Shown here: positions 28,377 to 39,439 of the stretch, piece after piece
How the letters are laid out: each line of letters begins with the position of its first letter
How positions within the stretch are numbered: the first letter of the stretch is position 1
NCBI GenBank assembly: GCA_963663895.2
Contig: CAXXRD010000002.1
Coordinates: 512,001-576,000 of the forward strand
From: Dehalococcoidia bacterium
GTDB taxonomy: Bacteria > Chloroflexota > Dehalococcoidia > Bin125
Direction of reading: 5' to 3'
Length of the DNA: 64,000 nucleotides
Translations under genes and position numbers: made by a program
Notes under the pieces: model-generated
The model's database searches: none
Seen by the model: only the letters and a program-made list of their open reading frames with translations
What the model was told of the DNA's origin: nothing

Positions 28377-30521
28377 CTAGGCTCCAGTTTCGATCAGCAT
28401 ATTACCGTACTCATCGACTTCGATAGACGCGCCCGGCGGCAGGATCGTGGTGGAGGTAGGCTCCTCGACCACGGCCGGACCAGTGATCGTGTTGCCGGGC
28501 TGCAGCTTCTCGCGGGTGTAGACGTTGGTGTCCCGGTCGCTGCCGTCGAAGTAGACCTGGCGCGTGGTGCGCAGAGCGCCTGCAGCGTCCGAGTCGCCCT
28601 TCACGCCCTTGGGGATCTCCGGCTTCTGCACGGAAGCGCTGCCGAAGACGCGGGCGTGTACGACCTGGACCTCTTGCTCGGGGTCGGCGTGGCCGTACTC
28701 GCGCTCGTGCTCGCTGTGGAAATGCTCGGTCGCTTCATCCAGCACATCGTCCGTGACGTTGACCTTGCCCTGCTCGTCGAGGTCCAGCTTGATGGAGATC
28801 GTGCCCGCCTCGGCGACGCGAATGTCATCCTTGGAGGGAATATCGCCGGTCTTCTGCGCGAGGTCGCCGAGTGAGACGGAGAGGGAGTAGACCTGCCCGT
28901 AGTACTGCAGGTCGAGGTAGTACTCCATCTTTACGTCATGCGGGGAGATCCCCTGGCGCAGGAAGGACTGGTAGATGGATTCGCGCAGCTCGTTGAAGGT
29001 CTCCTCAAGGTCGATGTTGGAGAGCGCGCGCCGGCGCCGCAGGACCGTCTTGCTGCGGTCCTGCACCATGTCGACAGTGAGCAACCCCCAAGCCGAGAGG
29101 ACGCCCGGCCCCGTTGGGATGATGGCGCGCTTCATTCCGAGCTCGCGGGCGAGGGTGGTGCAGTACATCGCGCCGCCGCCGCCGAGGCCGACGAGCGCAA
29201 AGTCGCGGGGGTCGTAACCCTTCTCGACCGTCACGTAGCGGATGGCCTGCATCATGTTGTTTTCCATGATCTTGAGCATGCCGTCCGCCGCTTCCTCAAG
29301 GCCAAGGTTGAGCGGACCGCCGACCTTTTCGGCAACCACCTTCTCAGAGAGATCTTTGCGGATCGTCATCTCGCCGCCGAGGAACTGCCCCGGATCGATG
29401 CGGCCAAGAACGACCTGCGCGTCCGTCGAGGTGGGCTCGGTGCCGTTGGTGTCGTAGCAGGCGGGGCCGGGGTCGGCACCGGCGCTTTGGGGGCCGACAT
29501 GCAGGATGCCCCCCTCGTCGATCCAGGCGATGGAGCCGCCGCCGGCGCCGATGGAGACGACGTCGACGGAGGGGAAGAGCACGGGCATGCCCCACTCGAT
29601 CAGGAGCGGGCTCGTCCAGCGCGGACGCCCCTCAACGATGACGGAGACGTCGGCGCTGGTGCCGCCGATGTCGATGCCCACGAGCTCCGGAACACCGGTC
29701 AACTCGGAGAGACGCTGGAGCGCCATGGCCCCACCGGCCGGGCCGGAGCGGGCCATCTTGGCCGGAACGCTCTTCGCTTCGTCGATCGTAGCGACGCCGC
29801 CGTTGGACTGCATGACGGACACATCCGTCTTGAGTCCGGCATCGCGGAGGCCGCGGCTGAGGTTATCGAGGTAGGACTCCACGCGAGGGCCGACGAAGGC
29901 GTTGGCGGCAACGGTGCTGCCGCGTTCAAATTCACGCATCTCCTGCGTGACCTCGGAAGAGGCGGTGACGAAAGCATTGGGCATCGCCCTCTGCACCATC
30001 TCCTTGACGCGCATCTCGTGCTTGGGGTGCTGGTAGGAGTGGATGAAGCAGATGGCGACCGCTTCGATGTCGCGAGCCTGGAGTGTCTCAATGACGTCTT
30101 CGACTTGCGCTTCGTCGAGCGGAGTCGCGACCTCGCCGTTCCAGTAGAGGCGCTCCCTGATCTCGAGGCGGTGCCGCCGGGGAACGAGCGCCGGGGGCGG
30201 CGTCCACTGGGCGTCGTAGAGCTCCTGGCGGTTGGCGCGCCGGATTTCGAGCGTGTCGCGGAATCCTTCGGTGGTCAGAAAGGCGGTCTTGGCGCCATCA
30301 CGCTCGATCAAGGTGTTGGTGGCGGTGGTGGTACCGTGCGCGGCGCTCTCGACATCGGCGAGATCAATGCCAAGCTTTTCGATGCCGGTGAGGATGCCCT
30401 GGGAGGGATCGGCTGGAGTGGTCGCCACCTTGGTGAGGCGCATCTCACCGCCCTCTTGGTCATAGAGGACGAAGTCTGTGAAGGTTCCACCCACGTCAAT
30501 CCCGATTCGGTACCTCGCCAT
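28377..30521 (-). CDS. Hydantoinase/oxoprolinase subunit A (ATP-binding, HyuA-like)
   Basis: IGIDVGGTFTD, HGTT, SGPAGG, DIGGTSADV, IGAGGGSIA, GPQSAGADPGPACY. Confidence 0.95.
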   Translation of the reverse strand: MARYRIGIDVGGTFTDFVLYDQEGGEMRLTKVATTPADPSQGILTGIEKLGIDLADVESAAHGTTTATNTLIERDGAKTAFLTTEGFRDTLEIRRANRQELYDAQWTPPPALVPRRHRLEIRERLYWNGEVATPLDEAQVEDVIETLQARDIEAVAICFIHSYQHPKHEMRVKEMVQRAMPNAFVTASSEVTQEMREFERGSTVAANAFVGPRVESYLDNLSRGLRDAGLKTDVSVMQSNGGVATIDEAKSVPAKMARSGPAGGAMALQRLSELTGVPELVGIDIGGTSADVSVIVEGRPRWTSPLLIEWGMPVLFPSVDVVSIGAGGGSIAWIDEGGILHVGPQSAGADPGPACYDTNGTEPTSTDAQVVLGRIDPGQFLGGEMTIRKDLSEKVVAEKVGGPLNLGLEEAADGMLKIMENNMMQAIRYVTVEKGYDPRDFALVGLGGGGAMYCTTLARELGMKRAIIPTGPGVLSAWGLLTVDMVQDRSKTVLRRRRALSNIDLEETFNELRESIYQSFLRQGISPHDVKMEYYLDLQYYGQVYSLSVSLGDLAQKTGDIPSKDDIRVAEAGTISIKLDLDEQGKVNVTDDVLDEATEHFHSEHEREYGHADPEQEVQVVHARVFGSASVQKPEIPKGVKGDSDAAGALRTTRQVYFDGSDRDTNVYTREKLQPGNTITGPAVVEEPTSTTILPPGASIEVDEYGNMLIETGA

Positions 30522-30818
30522 GTCACTACCTTTCTCTAGGACGCATGAACGTCCCCGCACCCCAGTGGGGACTCTCGTAGACGGGACCACCGGAGCCGTG
30601 AACCGTCAGGTCGCGCCACCCACCGGTATGGGCAGGCTCGGCTCGTATGCGGGTCCGCTCCATTCTCCACGCTGCCGCGCCGGACAACGATCGCGGCGGC
30701 GTGTCTTGCACCGGACGCAGGGTCGCCCCGATCCGGGGAACCCTACGATAACGCCCCTCTTGATAACGGATGTGCGCGGCACGGTCCAGTCCCGGAAGCA
30801 CTCTAGTCCGCTCCCAGG

Positions 30819-32591
30819 CTAGCAGCCGCCCGCTGCGGCGCGCATCTGCTTTCGCAGCTCTGCCGTAGCGGCTTCATCGACTTCATACTCGATCCGCCGC
30901 CGGTCGATCTCCCGCACGACGACGCCGTATTGGGAGCGGGCGGCGGCTTCCGTGATGTACCCGTCCTTGACGTCCTCGACGACGCGCTCCAGGGGACGTT
31001 CAAAGGCAGTCCCGTAACCACCGCCCCCATTCGACCAAAAGGAAAGGACTTCGCCAGGGCCGACGGGAACGTTGACGACGAAGGTACCGAGGTCGCGCTC
31101 TTGCTCGGTTTCCGGGTTTCCGACGACACGGGCGGTCCAACCCTCGCCGCCGCCGAAGATGCCGGAGGGACCGAAGCGTTCGCGGTTGGTGATATTGGAG
31201 AGGGTGCCCTCTTGGTAAGGCTCAATGGTTTGGTCGAGGCCAAGGCCGCCACGGGAGCAGCCGGGACCGCCAGAGTCCACCAGGAGTTGGTAACGGTGGT
31301 AGAGGACGGGATAGCGGCGCTCTTGGAGCTCGCAGGGGATGTTGGTGGCGCTGGCGGAGTAGGGGGAAGCAATGTTGTTGCCGCCGTCATGATCGCGGGC
31401 GCCGCCCATGCCGCCGAAGGCCCAGAGATAGTTGATGAAAGGCGCGTCAAAGCCGGGGCGCGGGTCGTTCCCGGCGAAGGTCGAGTTGACGATGGCAGAG
31501 GGAAGGCCGATGGCGCGCTCGGGGTTGGCCTGACCAAGGGCGAGCATGGTGACACCCATCGTCACGTCCATGCTGGTGATGGCGAGGCCGGAGATGCCAA
31601 CGGGCGGCTGCGCCCAGACCAGCGATCCGCGCTTGGCTTTGATCTCGATCGCGCGCATGACGCCCGAGTTGATCGGCATGGGAGGCAGGATGGCGGCGAG
31701 GCCGATGAAGACCGCAGAAGTGGTGGCGGCGATCGTGCAGTTAATGCCGGATTGGGCGGGTCCGTCGGTGTCGGTGAGGTCGAAGAGCGCGTGGTCCCCG
31801 TCGATCGTGAGCTTCAAGCGAATGGTCTTGGGCTCGCCGGTGAAGACATCCTGGTCGATGCGGTCTTCGGCGTCGTAGTCGCCGTCGGGCAGGCTGGCGA
31901 AGGCCGCACGCGCCATGCGCTCAGAGTAATTCTGCGTTTCCTCCATGGCGTCGAGGACGTCCTGGCGGCCGTAGCGCTTGACCAGCAACTCGATACGGCT
32001 GGCGCCGGCGCGCACGGCGGCGACTTGGGCGTTGAGATCGCCGAGCCGCTCCCAAGACTGGCGCATGTTGTGCAGCAAAACGGCGACGATATCGTTGTTC
32101 AGCACGCCGCGCTTGTAGAGCGTGAGCGCGGGAATCCGGACTCCCTCTTCGAAATGGGAGCGCGCCTGCACGTTGAGCGAGCCGGCGACCACGCCGCCAA
32201 CGTCGGACCAGTGCGCCGTGCAGGAGGTGAATCCGACGAGGACATCGCCGTCGAAGACGGGTTTGATGAAATGAATATCGTTGCAGTGCGTACTGGCGAT
32301 GTAGGGGTCGTTGATCATGTAGATGTCGCCGGGCGCCATATTTTCAACGCCGATCGCGTGCATGACTTCGGGAACGGTCAGCATGGTGAGGCCGACGAAG
32401 GCAGGGAGGTCGTGCTCGCCTTGGGAGACGAGCTTGCCGTGCGGACTGTAGACCGCAGTGGCAAAATCGTTCCCTTCATTCACGGGGGTGGAATAGGCGG
32501 TCTTGGCGACGGTGACCGCCATCTCATTGCAGGCGGCTGTGAAGGTGTTGCGCAGCACCTCAAAGGTGATGGGATCGAGTTGAGTAGTCAC
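30819..32591 (-). CDS. Hydantoinase/oxoprolinase subunit B (HyuB-like)
   Basis: Start re-set to VTTQLDPITFEVLRN. NDPYIASTHCND, HWSDVGG, DSGGPG..RGG, GGGGYG. Confidence 0.93.
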   Translation of the reverse strand: MTTQLDPITFEVLRNTFTAACNEMAVTVAKTAYSTPVNEGNDFATAVYSPHGKLVSQGEHDLPAFVGLTMLTVPEVMHAIGVENMAPGDIYMINDPYIASTHCNDIHFIKPVFDGDVLVGFTSCTAHWSDVGGVVAGSLNVQARSHFEEGVRIPALTLYKRGVLNNDIVAVLLHNMRQSWERLGDLNAQVAAVRAGASRIELLVKRYGRQDVLDAMEETQNYSERMARAAFASLPDGDYDAEDRIDQDVFTGEPKTIRLKLTIDGDHALFDLTDTDGPAQSGINCTIAATTSAVFIGLAAILPPMPINSGVMRAIEIKAKRGSLVWAQPPVGISGLAITSMDVTMGVTMLALGQANPERAIGLPSAIVNSTFAGNDPRPGFDAPFINYLWAFGGMGGARDHDGGNNIASPYSASATNIPCELQERRYPVLYHRYQLLVDSGGPGCSRGGLGLDQTIEPYQEGTLSNITNRERFGPSGIFGGGEGWTARVVGNPETEQERDLGTFVVNVPVGPGEVLSFWSNGGGGYGTAFERPLERVVEDVKDGYITEAAARSQYGVVVREIDRRRIEYEVDEAATAELRKQMRAAAGGC

Positions 32592-32613
32592 CGTGCTGCC
32601 TTTCGGTCGGCGT

Positions 32614-34386
32614 TCAGCGTTGAGCGCGCATCTCCTCGCGGAGAGCGTCCGTCGCGGCCTCGTCGATCGTGTACTGGAGCTGGCGCCGGTCGATCTCCCT
32701 GACCACGACGCCGTATTGCGAACGGGCGGCGGCGAGAGAGATATAGGCGTCGCGCACGTCCTCCACGACCCGCTCGGGCTCACGCTCAAGCGGATCGCCG
32801 TACCCGCCGCCGCCGGCGGACCAGAAGGTGATCGACTCCCCGGCGCCCGCCGGCTCGTTCACCGAAAAGATGCCGATGTCGCGTGCCTGCTCCGTGCCGT
32901 GGTTGACGACCAGTCCAGCCGTCGCGCCCTCGCGGCCGCCGAAGATACCCGGCGGGCCGAAGCGCTCGCGGTCGCCGATACAAGAGATGGTGCCCGCGAC
33001 GTAGGGGAACTCGACGTACTGGCGCAGCCCGGTTCCCCCGCGACTTCGGCCCGGGCCGCCGGAGTCCTGCAGGCACTCGTAGATACGCCAGAGCACGGGG
33101 TAGCGCCGCTCTTGGAGCTCGGCGGGGATGTTTTGCGTGCTCGCGGTGTAGGGGGAGCCGGCGACGTTGGCTCCATCGTGCGTCCCCACGGCGCCGAGGC
33201 CGCCGAAGCCCCATACGTAGTTGATGAAGCTGGATTGAAACTCGGGGCGGGTGTCGAAGCCCGCAAAGACCGTATTGAGCACACTGAATGGGGTAGCCGC
33301 GCCCCGCTCGGGCAGGGCCTCGCTCAGGGCTTGGACGACGCAGCCGATCGTGCATTCCATGCTGGTGGCGGCAAGACCGGAGATCGCGACCGGCGGCTGC
33401 GCCCAAACGATCGAGCCCCGTCTGGCCTTGATCTCGATGGTGCGCATGATGCCGGAGTTCATGGGCATCGGCGGAAGGATGGAGGCGAGGCCCAGGAACA
33501 CCGCGGAGGTGGTGGCAGCGATGGTGCAGTTGATCCCGGACTCGGCGGGACCATCGGATTCGGTAAGGTCGAAGATGGCGTGGTCACCGGCGATGGTGAG
33601 CTTGAGACGGATGACCTTCGGCTCCCCGGTGTGGATGTCCATGTCGACGCGGTCGCTACTCTCATAGACGCCGTCGGGCAACAATTCCCAGGAAGCGCGC
33701 GCGAGTCGCTCGGAGTGGTTCTGGACCTCCTCCATCGTGGCGAGCACGGTGTCCGCACCATGTTTCGCAATGAGGGCCTGGAGGCGCGCCTCGCCGGCCT
33801 TCACGGCAGCGACCTGGGCGTTGAGGTCGCCGACCCGCTCCCATGACTCGCGCATGTTGTGGAGCAGGATGGCGAGCACGTCCTTGTTGAGTTCACCCTC
33901 GCGGTAGATGCGGAGCGCGGGGATCCGGACGCCTTCCTCAAAATGGCTGCGGGCACGGCAGTTGAGCGAGCCTGGGGCTACGCCGCCGACATCGGACCAG
34001 TGCGCCGTGGACGACGTGAACGCCACCAGTTCGCCTTCGTGGAAGATGGGTTTGACGAGATGGATGTCGTTGCAATGGGTGCTGGCCACATAGGGGTCAT
34101 TGATCATGTAGATGTCTTCAGGCCGCATCGTGTCCCGACCGATCGCTCGAATCACCTCGGGGACGGTCAGCATGGTGAGGCCGACGAAAGCCGGAAGGTC
34201 GGTCTCCCCTTGGGCCACCAGCTTGCCGTTGCGGTCGTAAACGGTGCCCGCGAAGTCGCGGCCTTCATTGATCGGAGTGGAGTAGGCGGTCTTGGCCACG
34301 ACGAGCGCCATCTCGTTGCAGACGGCGCTGAAAGCGTTGCGCAAGACTTCGAACGTGATGGGGTCAACGGCCGCTGGGCTCATCAC
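32614..34386 (-). CDS. Hydantoinase/oxoprolinase subunit B (HyuB-like), second paralog
   Basis: DPITFEVLRN, NDPYVASTHCND, HWSDVGG, DSGGPGRSRGG, GGGGYGDPLER. Confidence 0.93.
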   Translation of the reverse strand: MMSPAAVDPITFEVLRNAFSAVCNEMALVVAKTAYSTPINEGRDFAGTVYDRNGKLVAQGETDLPAFVGLTMLTVPEVIRAIGRDTMRPEDIYMINDPYVASTHCNDIHLVKPIFHEGELVAFTSSTAHWSDVGGVAPGSLNCRARSHFEEGVRIPALRIYREGELNKDVLAILLHNMRESWERVGDLNAQVAAVKAGEARLQALIAKHGADTVLATMEEVQNHSERLARASWELLPDGVYESSDRVDMDIHTGEPKVIRLKLTIAGDHAIFDLTESDGPAESGINCTIAATTSAVFLGLASILPPMPMNSGIMRTIEIKARRGSIVWAQPPVAISGLAATSMECTIGCVVQALSEALPERGAATPFSVLNTVFAGFDTRPEFQSSFINYVWGFGGLGAVGTHDGANVAGSPYTASTQNIPAELQERRYPVLWRIYECLQDSGGPGRSRGGTGLRQYVEFPYVAGTISCIGDRERFGPPGIFGGREGATAGLVVNHGTEQARDIGIFSVNEPAGAGESITFWSAGGGGYGDPLEREPERVVEDVRDAYISLAAARSQYGVVVREIDRRQLQYTIDEAATDALREEMRAQR

Positions 34387-34493
34387 ACGCCTCCGAGCGT
34401 TTTCTATGAGAGCCGGCGCGTCCGTGGCGCCGGTCAGAGCGGTCAGTATATGAAGCGGGTCGGCGGCTGGGCAATCGGATTTGGCGGGGGCGG

Positions 34494-35300
34494 TTAGCCC
34501 GGATACACGGCGCTGGAGGGGAAGGTGGGGCTGCGTTTCTCTTGGACGGCGTCGACGCCCTCACGGACGTCGGGTCCCATGAATTGGAGCAGCTCGAAGG
34601 CCGCGGAGGCGTCGAAGTTGGGGGCATTCATCCGCAGCCAGTTGTTCAGGATGTGCTTCGTCGTGCGGAGGGCGACGGCGGAGCCACGGCCCAGGCGGTC
34701 GGCGACTTCACGGGCGCGGTCCATGAGTTCATCGTGGGGCACGCACATGCTCACGAGGCCGATCTCGGCAGCCTGCTCCCCATTGAGCTCATCGTTCGTG
34801 AACAGGTAGTACTTGGCCCGAGCCATGCCGCAGAGCAGGGGCCAGATGATGGCGGCGTGGTCGCCGGCAGCGACGCCGATGCGCGTGTGGCCGTCCATGA
34901 TCCGCGCCTTGTCGGAGGCGATGCTGACGTCCGCGAGGAGGGCGACGGCCAACCCGGCGCCGATCGCCCACCCGTTGATGGCGGAGACGATCGGCTTATC
35001 CAGATTGATCATGTTGTAGACGATGTCGCGATCCTCTTGGAGGGTCTTGTAGACAAAGCCGAACTGCTGGAAATCGACGCCGAAGAGGTCGCCGCCAGCG
35101 CAGAAGGCGCGGCCGGCGCCGGTGATGAGCGCGACGCGCGTATCCGGATCGTCGCCGATGGTGCGCCAGATCTGTCCGAGCTCCTTGTGGAGCTGGGCAT
35201 TGACGGCGTTCATCGCCTCGGGCCGGTTCATCGTGATCTGGAGGACGCCGTTGGGCAGGCGCTCGAACAGCAGGTATTCGTAATCGGCGTATTCCATCAT
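34494..35300 (-). CDS. Enoyl-CoA hydratase/isomerase family protein
   Basis: [50 protein letters not shown]. Confidence 0.93.
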   Translation of the reverse strand: MMEYADYEYLLFERLPNGVLQITMNRPEAMNAVNAQLHKELGQIWRTIGDDPDTRVALITGAGRAFCAGGDLFGVDFQQFGFVYKTLQEDRDIVYNMINLDKPIVSAINGWAIGAGLAVALLADVSIASDKARIMDGHTRIGVAAGDHAAIIWPLLCGMARAKYYLFTNDELNGEQAAEIGLVSMCVPHDELMDRAREVADRLGRGSAVALRTTKHILNNWLRMNAPNFDASAAFELLQFMGPDVREGVDAVQEKRSPTFPSSAVYPG

Positions 35301-35384
35301 GGGATCGATCCTTCACCTCAGAGAGCCAGTGCAGGCCGGCAGGGTAGCGGATGCTGCGCGCCGAAAACGATGAGACGGCGGGAA

Positions 35385-36470
35385 TCAGCCCTCGTTCTTG
35401 GCGCGGGCGGCGGCGATGGCAGCGCGGAGCTCTTCGGTCTCCGTAGACTCGTGCTCGTGCATGATGTCGTACCAGCGGTCGAGGTTCTCCTCGTTGTCGG
35501 AGAGCGGGAAGCATGTCGACCACCACGAGGGCTGGCCGCTCTCGCCGTTGCCGCGGATCGCCACGAGCGGCGGCGGGCCGCTGGTGCAGCGCTCCTCGAC
35601 GAGCGGGCAGCGGGGCGCGAGGGGGCAGCCGGGGGGCAAATCGATGGGGCTGGGGATCTCACCACTGAGGCGCAGGCGCTGGCGCGTGGTCTTGGGGTCG
35701 GGGAGCAGCACGGACGAGAGAAGCGCCTCACTGTAGGGATGGGTGGGGCGCGCGAAAACATCCTCGATCGGGCCGGTCTCGACCAACTGTCCCAGGTACA
35801 TGATCGCGAGGCGATGGCTGATGGCACGCACCGCGCTGAGATCGTGCGAGATAAAAATGTAGGCGATCTTTTGCTCTTCCTGGAGACGCCGCAGGATGCC
35901 GATGATGTGAATGCTGACGGAGAGGTCAAGCAGGCCGGTGGGCTCATCCAAGACGATGAAACGCGGGCCCGTCGCGATGGCGCGGGCGATGGCGACCTGC
36001 TGCTGCTCCGCCTTGCGAATGGCGCCGGGACGCTCGTTCAGGACGCGCGGATCGAGGTCGGCGAGCTCGAGCACTTCCATGACGCGCTTTTGGAGTTCCG
36101 TCCGACTCAGTGTCTCGTGGAGGCGCAGGGGCTCGGAGATGATGTCGCGGACGCGCATGCGCGGGTTAAAGCCCAGCATGGGATCCTGGTAAACGATCTG
36201 CATCTTGGAGCGCATGCGTCGCATGGGCTCGCCATCGAGCTTGAGCAGGTCGATGCCCTCGAAGCGGATCGCGCCCGTATCCGGCTCCGTCAGGCGAAGG
36301 ACGACGCGGCCCAGGGTGGTCTTGCCGGAGCCGCTCTCGCCCACCAGCCCGAGCGTCTCGCCCTCGCGCAGGTCGAGGGAAACGTTGCTCACGGCGACGA
36401 GCTCTTGCCCCTTGCCGACGGTGAAGGTCTTGGTGAGATTGCGAATTTGGAGAAGCGGTTCGTCCGTCAT
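35385..36470 (-). CDS. Oligo/dipeptide-type ABC transporter ATP-binding protein (DppF-like, degenerate signature)
   Basis: GESGSGKT, IVLDEPT, HPYSEALL, GCPLAPRCP...C. Confidence 0.92.
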   Translation of the reverse strand: MTDEPLLQIRNLTKTFTVGKGQELVAVSNVSLDLREGETLGLVGESGSGKTTLGRVVLRLTEPDTGAIRFEGIDLLKLDGEPMRRMRSKMQIVYQDPMLGFNPRMRVRDIISEPLRLHETLSRTELQKRVMEVLELADLDPRVLNERPGAIRKAEQQQVAIARAIATGPRFIVLDEPTGLLDLSVSIHIIGILRRLQEEQKIAYIFISHDLSAVRAISHRLAIMYLGQLVETGPIEDVFARPTHPYSEALLSSVLLPDPKTTRQRLRLSGEIPSPIDLPPGCPLAPRCPLVEERCTSGPPPLVAIRGNGESGQPSWWSTCFPLSDNEENLDRWYDIMHEHESTETEELRAAIAAARAKNEG

Positions 36471-37441
36471 TCGTCTTCCAACCGTACCAGATGCCCGGGG
36501 GCGACGAGGGTATAGAGATCGGACGGCGCCGGTAAGTTCTCATGAACAAAGCGTCGATCCTGAGAGGTATCACGCTCCACATCGACGCGCGCTTCGTCCA
36601 TCTTCTGCTGGGCACGGGCTTCGCGGGCGGCCGAGAGGAGCAGCCGGCTGTAGGAATGCTGGGGGTTGGCGAAGAAGTCGAGCACGGGAGCGTACTCCAC
36701 GATCTGCCCACGGCGAATCACGGCGATCGTATCGCAGTACGTCGCGGCGATGCCGAGGTCGCTCGTGGTCAACACCAGTGAGGTGTCGCGCTCCCGCAGA
36801 AGAGCGTGGAAGTGGTCCATGACCTGCGCCTGGATCGTGACATCCAACCCGACGGTGAACTCATCGCCCAGTAGCAGCTGTGGTGAGCAGGCCATGGCCT
36901 TGGCAATGAGGATGCGCTGGGCCATGCCCCCGCTCAGCTCGTGGGGATAGGCCTGGAAACGGATGTGCGGATCAGGGATACCGATGATGCGAAGGATGTC
37001 GATCGCTTCGTCGGCGAGATCCTGCTTGCTCCGGTCGGGGAAGTGCGATCTGAGAACATCGACGATCTGACTGCCGGCGGTCTCGACCGGGTTGAGAGAG
37101 AACTTGCCACCCGGAACGATCATTGCTAGCTCGAGGCCGCGGAGTTCCTCCATTTGGCGGCTCGATTTGGCCATGAGGTCTTCGCCCCGATAGACGATGC
37201 TGCCGCTGCGCTGCTCCACTTCGCGCAGCAACAGGCGGATGATGCCGAAGAGCAGGGCGCTCTTGCCGGAGCCGCTCTCGCCCATCACTCCCAGCACCTC
37301 GCCCGAGTCGACGCTCATAAAGGCACCGTCGATCACGAGGCGATCTTCGACGAGATGGTGGAGGGTCAGGTCGCTGACCCGCAGGATCTCGCCGGAAGCC
37401 GTGGATCCGGCAGGAGTGGCGTCGGGGGTCTCAGTAACCAC
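36467..37441 (-). CDS. Oligo/dipeptide-type ABC transporter ATP-binding protein (DppD-like)
   Basis: GESGSGKS, YPHELSGGMAQR, LLGDE. Confidence 0.92.
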   Translation of the reverse strand: MVTETPDATPAGSTASGEILRVSDLTLHHLVEDRLVIDGAFMSVDSGEVLGVMGESGSGKSALLFGIIRLLLREVEQRSGSIVYRGEDLMAKSSRQMEELRGLELAMIVPGGKFSLNPVETAGSQIVDVLRSHFPDRSKQDLADEAIDILRIIGIPDPHIRFQAYPHELSGGMAQRILIAKAMACSPQLLLGDEFTVGLDVTIQAQVMDHFHALLRERDTSLVLTTSDLGIAATYCDTIAVIRRGQIVEYAPVLDFFANPQHSYSRLLLSAAREARAQQKMDEARVDVERDTSQDRRFVHENLPAPSDLYTLVAPGHLVRLEDE

Positions 37442-38402
37442 GGAGACCAGACCCGCGCCAGCGGACGCGAATGCTCTCGCCGATGACGGCGAGGGAGAAG
37501 ACCGTCAATCCGAGCGTGATGCCGGGGAAGACCGAGGTCCACCACTGACCGCTCTGCATAAGCTCGACCCCACTCCTGATCATGGCGCCCCACTCCGGCG
37601 TGGGCGGAGCGACGCCGGCTCCCACGAAGCTCAGCCCCGCGGTGAGAAGGATGGCGTAACCCATAACGGCCGAGCCCTGGACCGTGGCGGTGGTGACGGA
37701 GTTGGGCAGGATGTGGTTGAACATGATGCGCCGGGTCGGGTTGCCGACAGCACGCTCCGCTTCCACGAAGGTGAGTTCGCGCACAAGCAAGGTCTCCGCT
37801 CGCACGTAACGGAAGAAGATCGGGGTGAAGAGGAAGGAGAGGACGTAAATGACTTTGTCTTGCCCGGATCCGATCACGGCGACGAGGGCCAGCGCGACGA
37901 TAAAGACGGGGAAGGCTTGGATGATGTCCATGAAGCGCGTGAGGACCTCGGCCAGCGATCCGACGAGCCGGCCTCGACCGGCAGCATAACCCGCCACCAG
38001 ACCGAGCACGGAGCCGGCGCCCAGGCCGATGATGGTGGAGGCGATAGCGATAACGAGATCGACGCGCGGGGCAGAGATAGTGCGGCTGAAGACATCCAAC
38101 GCCTTCTCGTCCGTACCGAACCAGTACGCGCCACTGGGCGCTCTGAGATTCGCCAGTTGCGTTCGCGGGTCGCCCTGAGCGTTCAAGATCAGCTCTCCCC
38201 GCTCATCAAGGAGAGTCTCGCGGAGCACGGCTTCGGGATCATGGGGAGCGATGATAGGGCCGACGGCGGCGAGAAAGATCATCACGGCGAGGATGCCAAG
38301 GGCAATGGTGAGGAGTTTCTGCCGGCGCATGGCCCCCAAGACCGCGCCAGCGGAGAGGCGGGGTACACGGACGCGGACGGCCTGCCAGGTGGTGGTGGTC
38401 AT
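37431..38402 (-). CDS. ABC transporter permease (DppC-like)
   Basis: APSGAYWFGTD, FVEAERAVG...HILPN, PPTPEWGAMI; multiple TM segments. Confidence 0.93.
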   Translation of the reverse strand: MTTTTWQAVRVRVPRLSAGAVLGAMRRQKLLTIALGILAVMIFLAAVGPIIAPHDPEAVLRETLLDERGELILNAQGDPRTQLANLRAPSGAYWFGTDEKALDVFSRTISAPRVDLVIAIASTIIGLGAGSVLGLVAGYAAGRGRLVGSLAEVLTRFMDIIQAFPVFIVALALVAVIGSGQDKVIYVLSFLFTPIFFRYVRAETLLVRELTFVEAERAVGNPTRRIMFNHILPNSVTTATVQGSAVMGYAILLTAGLSFVGAGVAPPTPEWGAMIRSGVELMQSGQWWTSVFPGITLGLTVFSLAVIGESIRVRWRGSGLRGY

Positions 38403-39439
38403 GACGAACCCACCGTGCTCACCCGGATACGCGGATCGACGAAGTAGTGAATGATGTCGATCAAGAGGTAGACGAGGATCGTGAAGACGGCGGCCACCAG
38501 CATCATGCCTTGGATCACGTTGAAGTCAAGGGCGTTGACCGCATCCACCGTGTACTGACCGAAGCCTCCCCACGAGAACACCGTCTCGACGAGGACGGCG
38601 CCTCCAAGAAGGAAGGCGTAGAGGACGCCGCTGGTCGTGACAATGGGGAGCAACGCGTTGCGCATGATGTAGCGCGTGATGGTGCGCCGCCGCACGCCGA
38701 CCGCCCGGGCCCCGGTCACGTACTGGGAGTTGAAGACTTCCGTCGTGGTGACCGCCGTAATCTTCAAGACCACCGGCGCGTAGACGATGGCAAGCGTCAG
38801 GACGGGCATGATCGAAGCGCGGAAGGCCGTGCCGGCCTGCCTGAAGTCCCCCTTGATAAGGGTGTCCAGCAGATCAACGTTGGTGGGTCCGGTAGGAATT
38901 TGCGAGGGGATATACCCCGGCAACTGGCCGATGGGCGCCGGTAAGATGCCCAGCGTGGCGAAGAAGATGAAGACCAGGATCAGCCCGACCCAGAAATCCG
39001 GTAAGGCCCCGGCTAAGAAACCATAGCCAATAATGGACTTATTCAGCCACGTGCCCCAGCCGGTGGGCGGGGCTAAGGCTGCGGCATAGCCCACTCCAAT
39101 CCCGATCACCACGCAGGCAACGAGGCCGAGCGTGATCAGCCACAATGTCGCCGGAACGCGGCGTCCCAGCTCCTCGATGACGGGTTGCTTGGTCACGATG
39201 GAATTGCCGAAGTCGCCTTGGACCGTGCGCTCGACGTATCGGCCGTACTGGACGAAAAAGGGCTTGTCGAGCCCAAGGCGCTTCGTTTCGCGGACCACGC
39301 CCTCTTGGGTGCGCAGCGGGCCCAGAATGATCAGGACGGGATCACCGGGCAGGAGCTTGATCAGCAGAAACGCCAGAAAGGAAACCACGAAGAGCTGCGG
39401 GATGAGGAAAGCGAAACGCCGCAGCAGGAACTTTCTCAT
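38399..39439 (-). CDS. ABC transporter permease (DppB-like)
   Basis: MRKFLLRR, LLPGDP, GDFGNS, YVTGARAVG, RNALLP, VETVFSWGGFG. Confidence 0.93.
   Translation of the reverse strand: MRKFLLRRFAFLIPQLFVVSFLAFLLIKLLPGDPVLIILGPLRTQEGVVRETKRLGLDKPFFVQYGRYVERTVQGDFGNSIVTKQPVIEELGRRVPATLWLITLGLVACVVIGIGVGYAAALAPPTGWGTWLNKSIIGYGFLAGALPDFWVGLILVFIFFATLGILPAPIGQLPGYIPSQIPTGPTNVDLLDTLIKGDFRQAGTAFRASIMPVLTLAIVYAPVVLKITAVTTTEVFNSQYVTGARAVGVRRRTITRYIMRNALLPIVTTSGVLYAFLLGGAVLVETVFSWGGFGQYTVDAVNALDFNVIQGMMLVAAVFTILVYLLIDIIHYFVDPRIRVSTVGSS

Noticed and set aside
30590-30818. SRP-like motif gtgaaccgtcagg
   Set aside because: It lacks the GGAAG..AGCAG SRP core.
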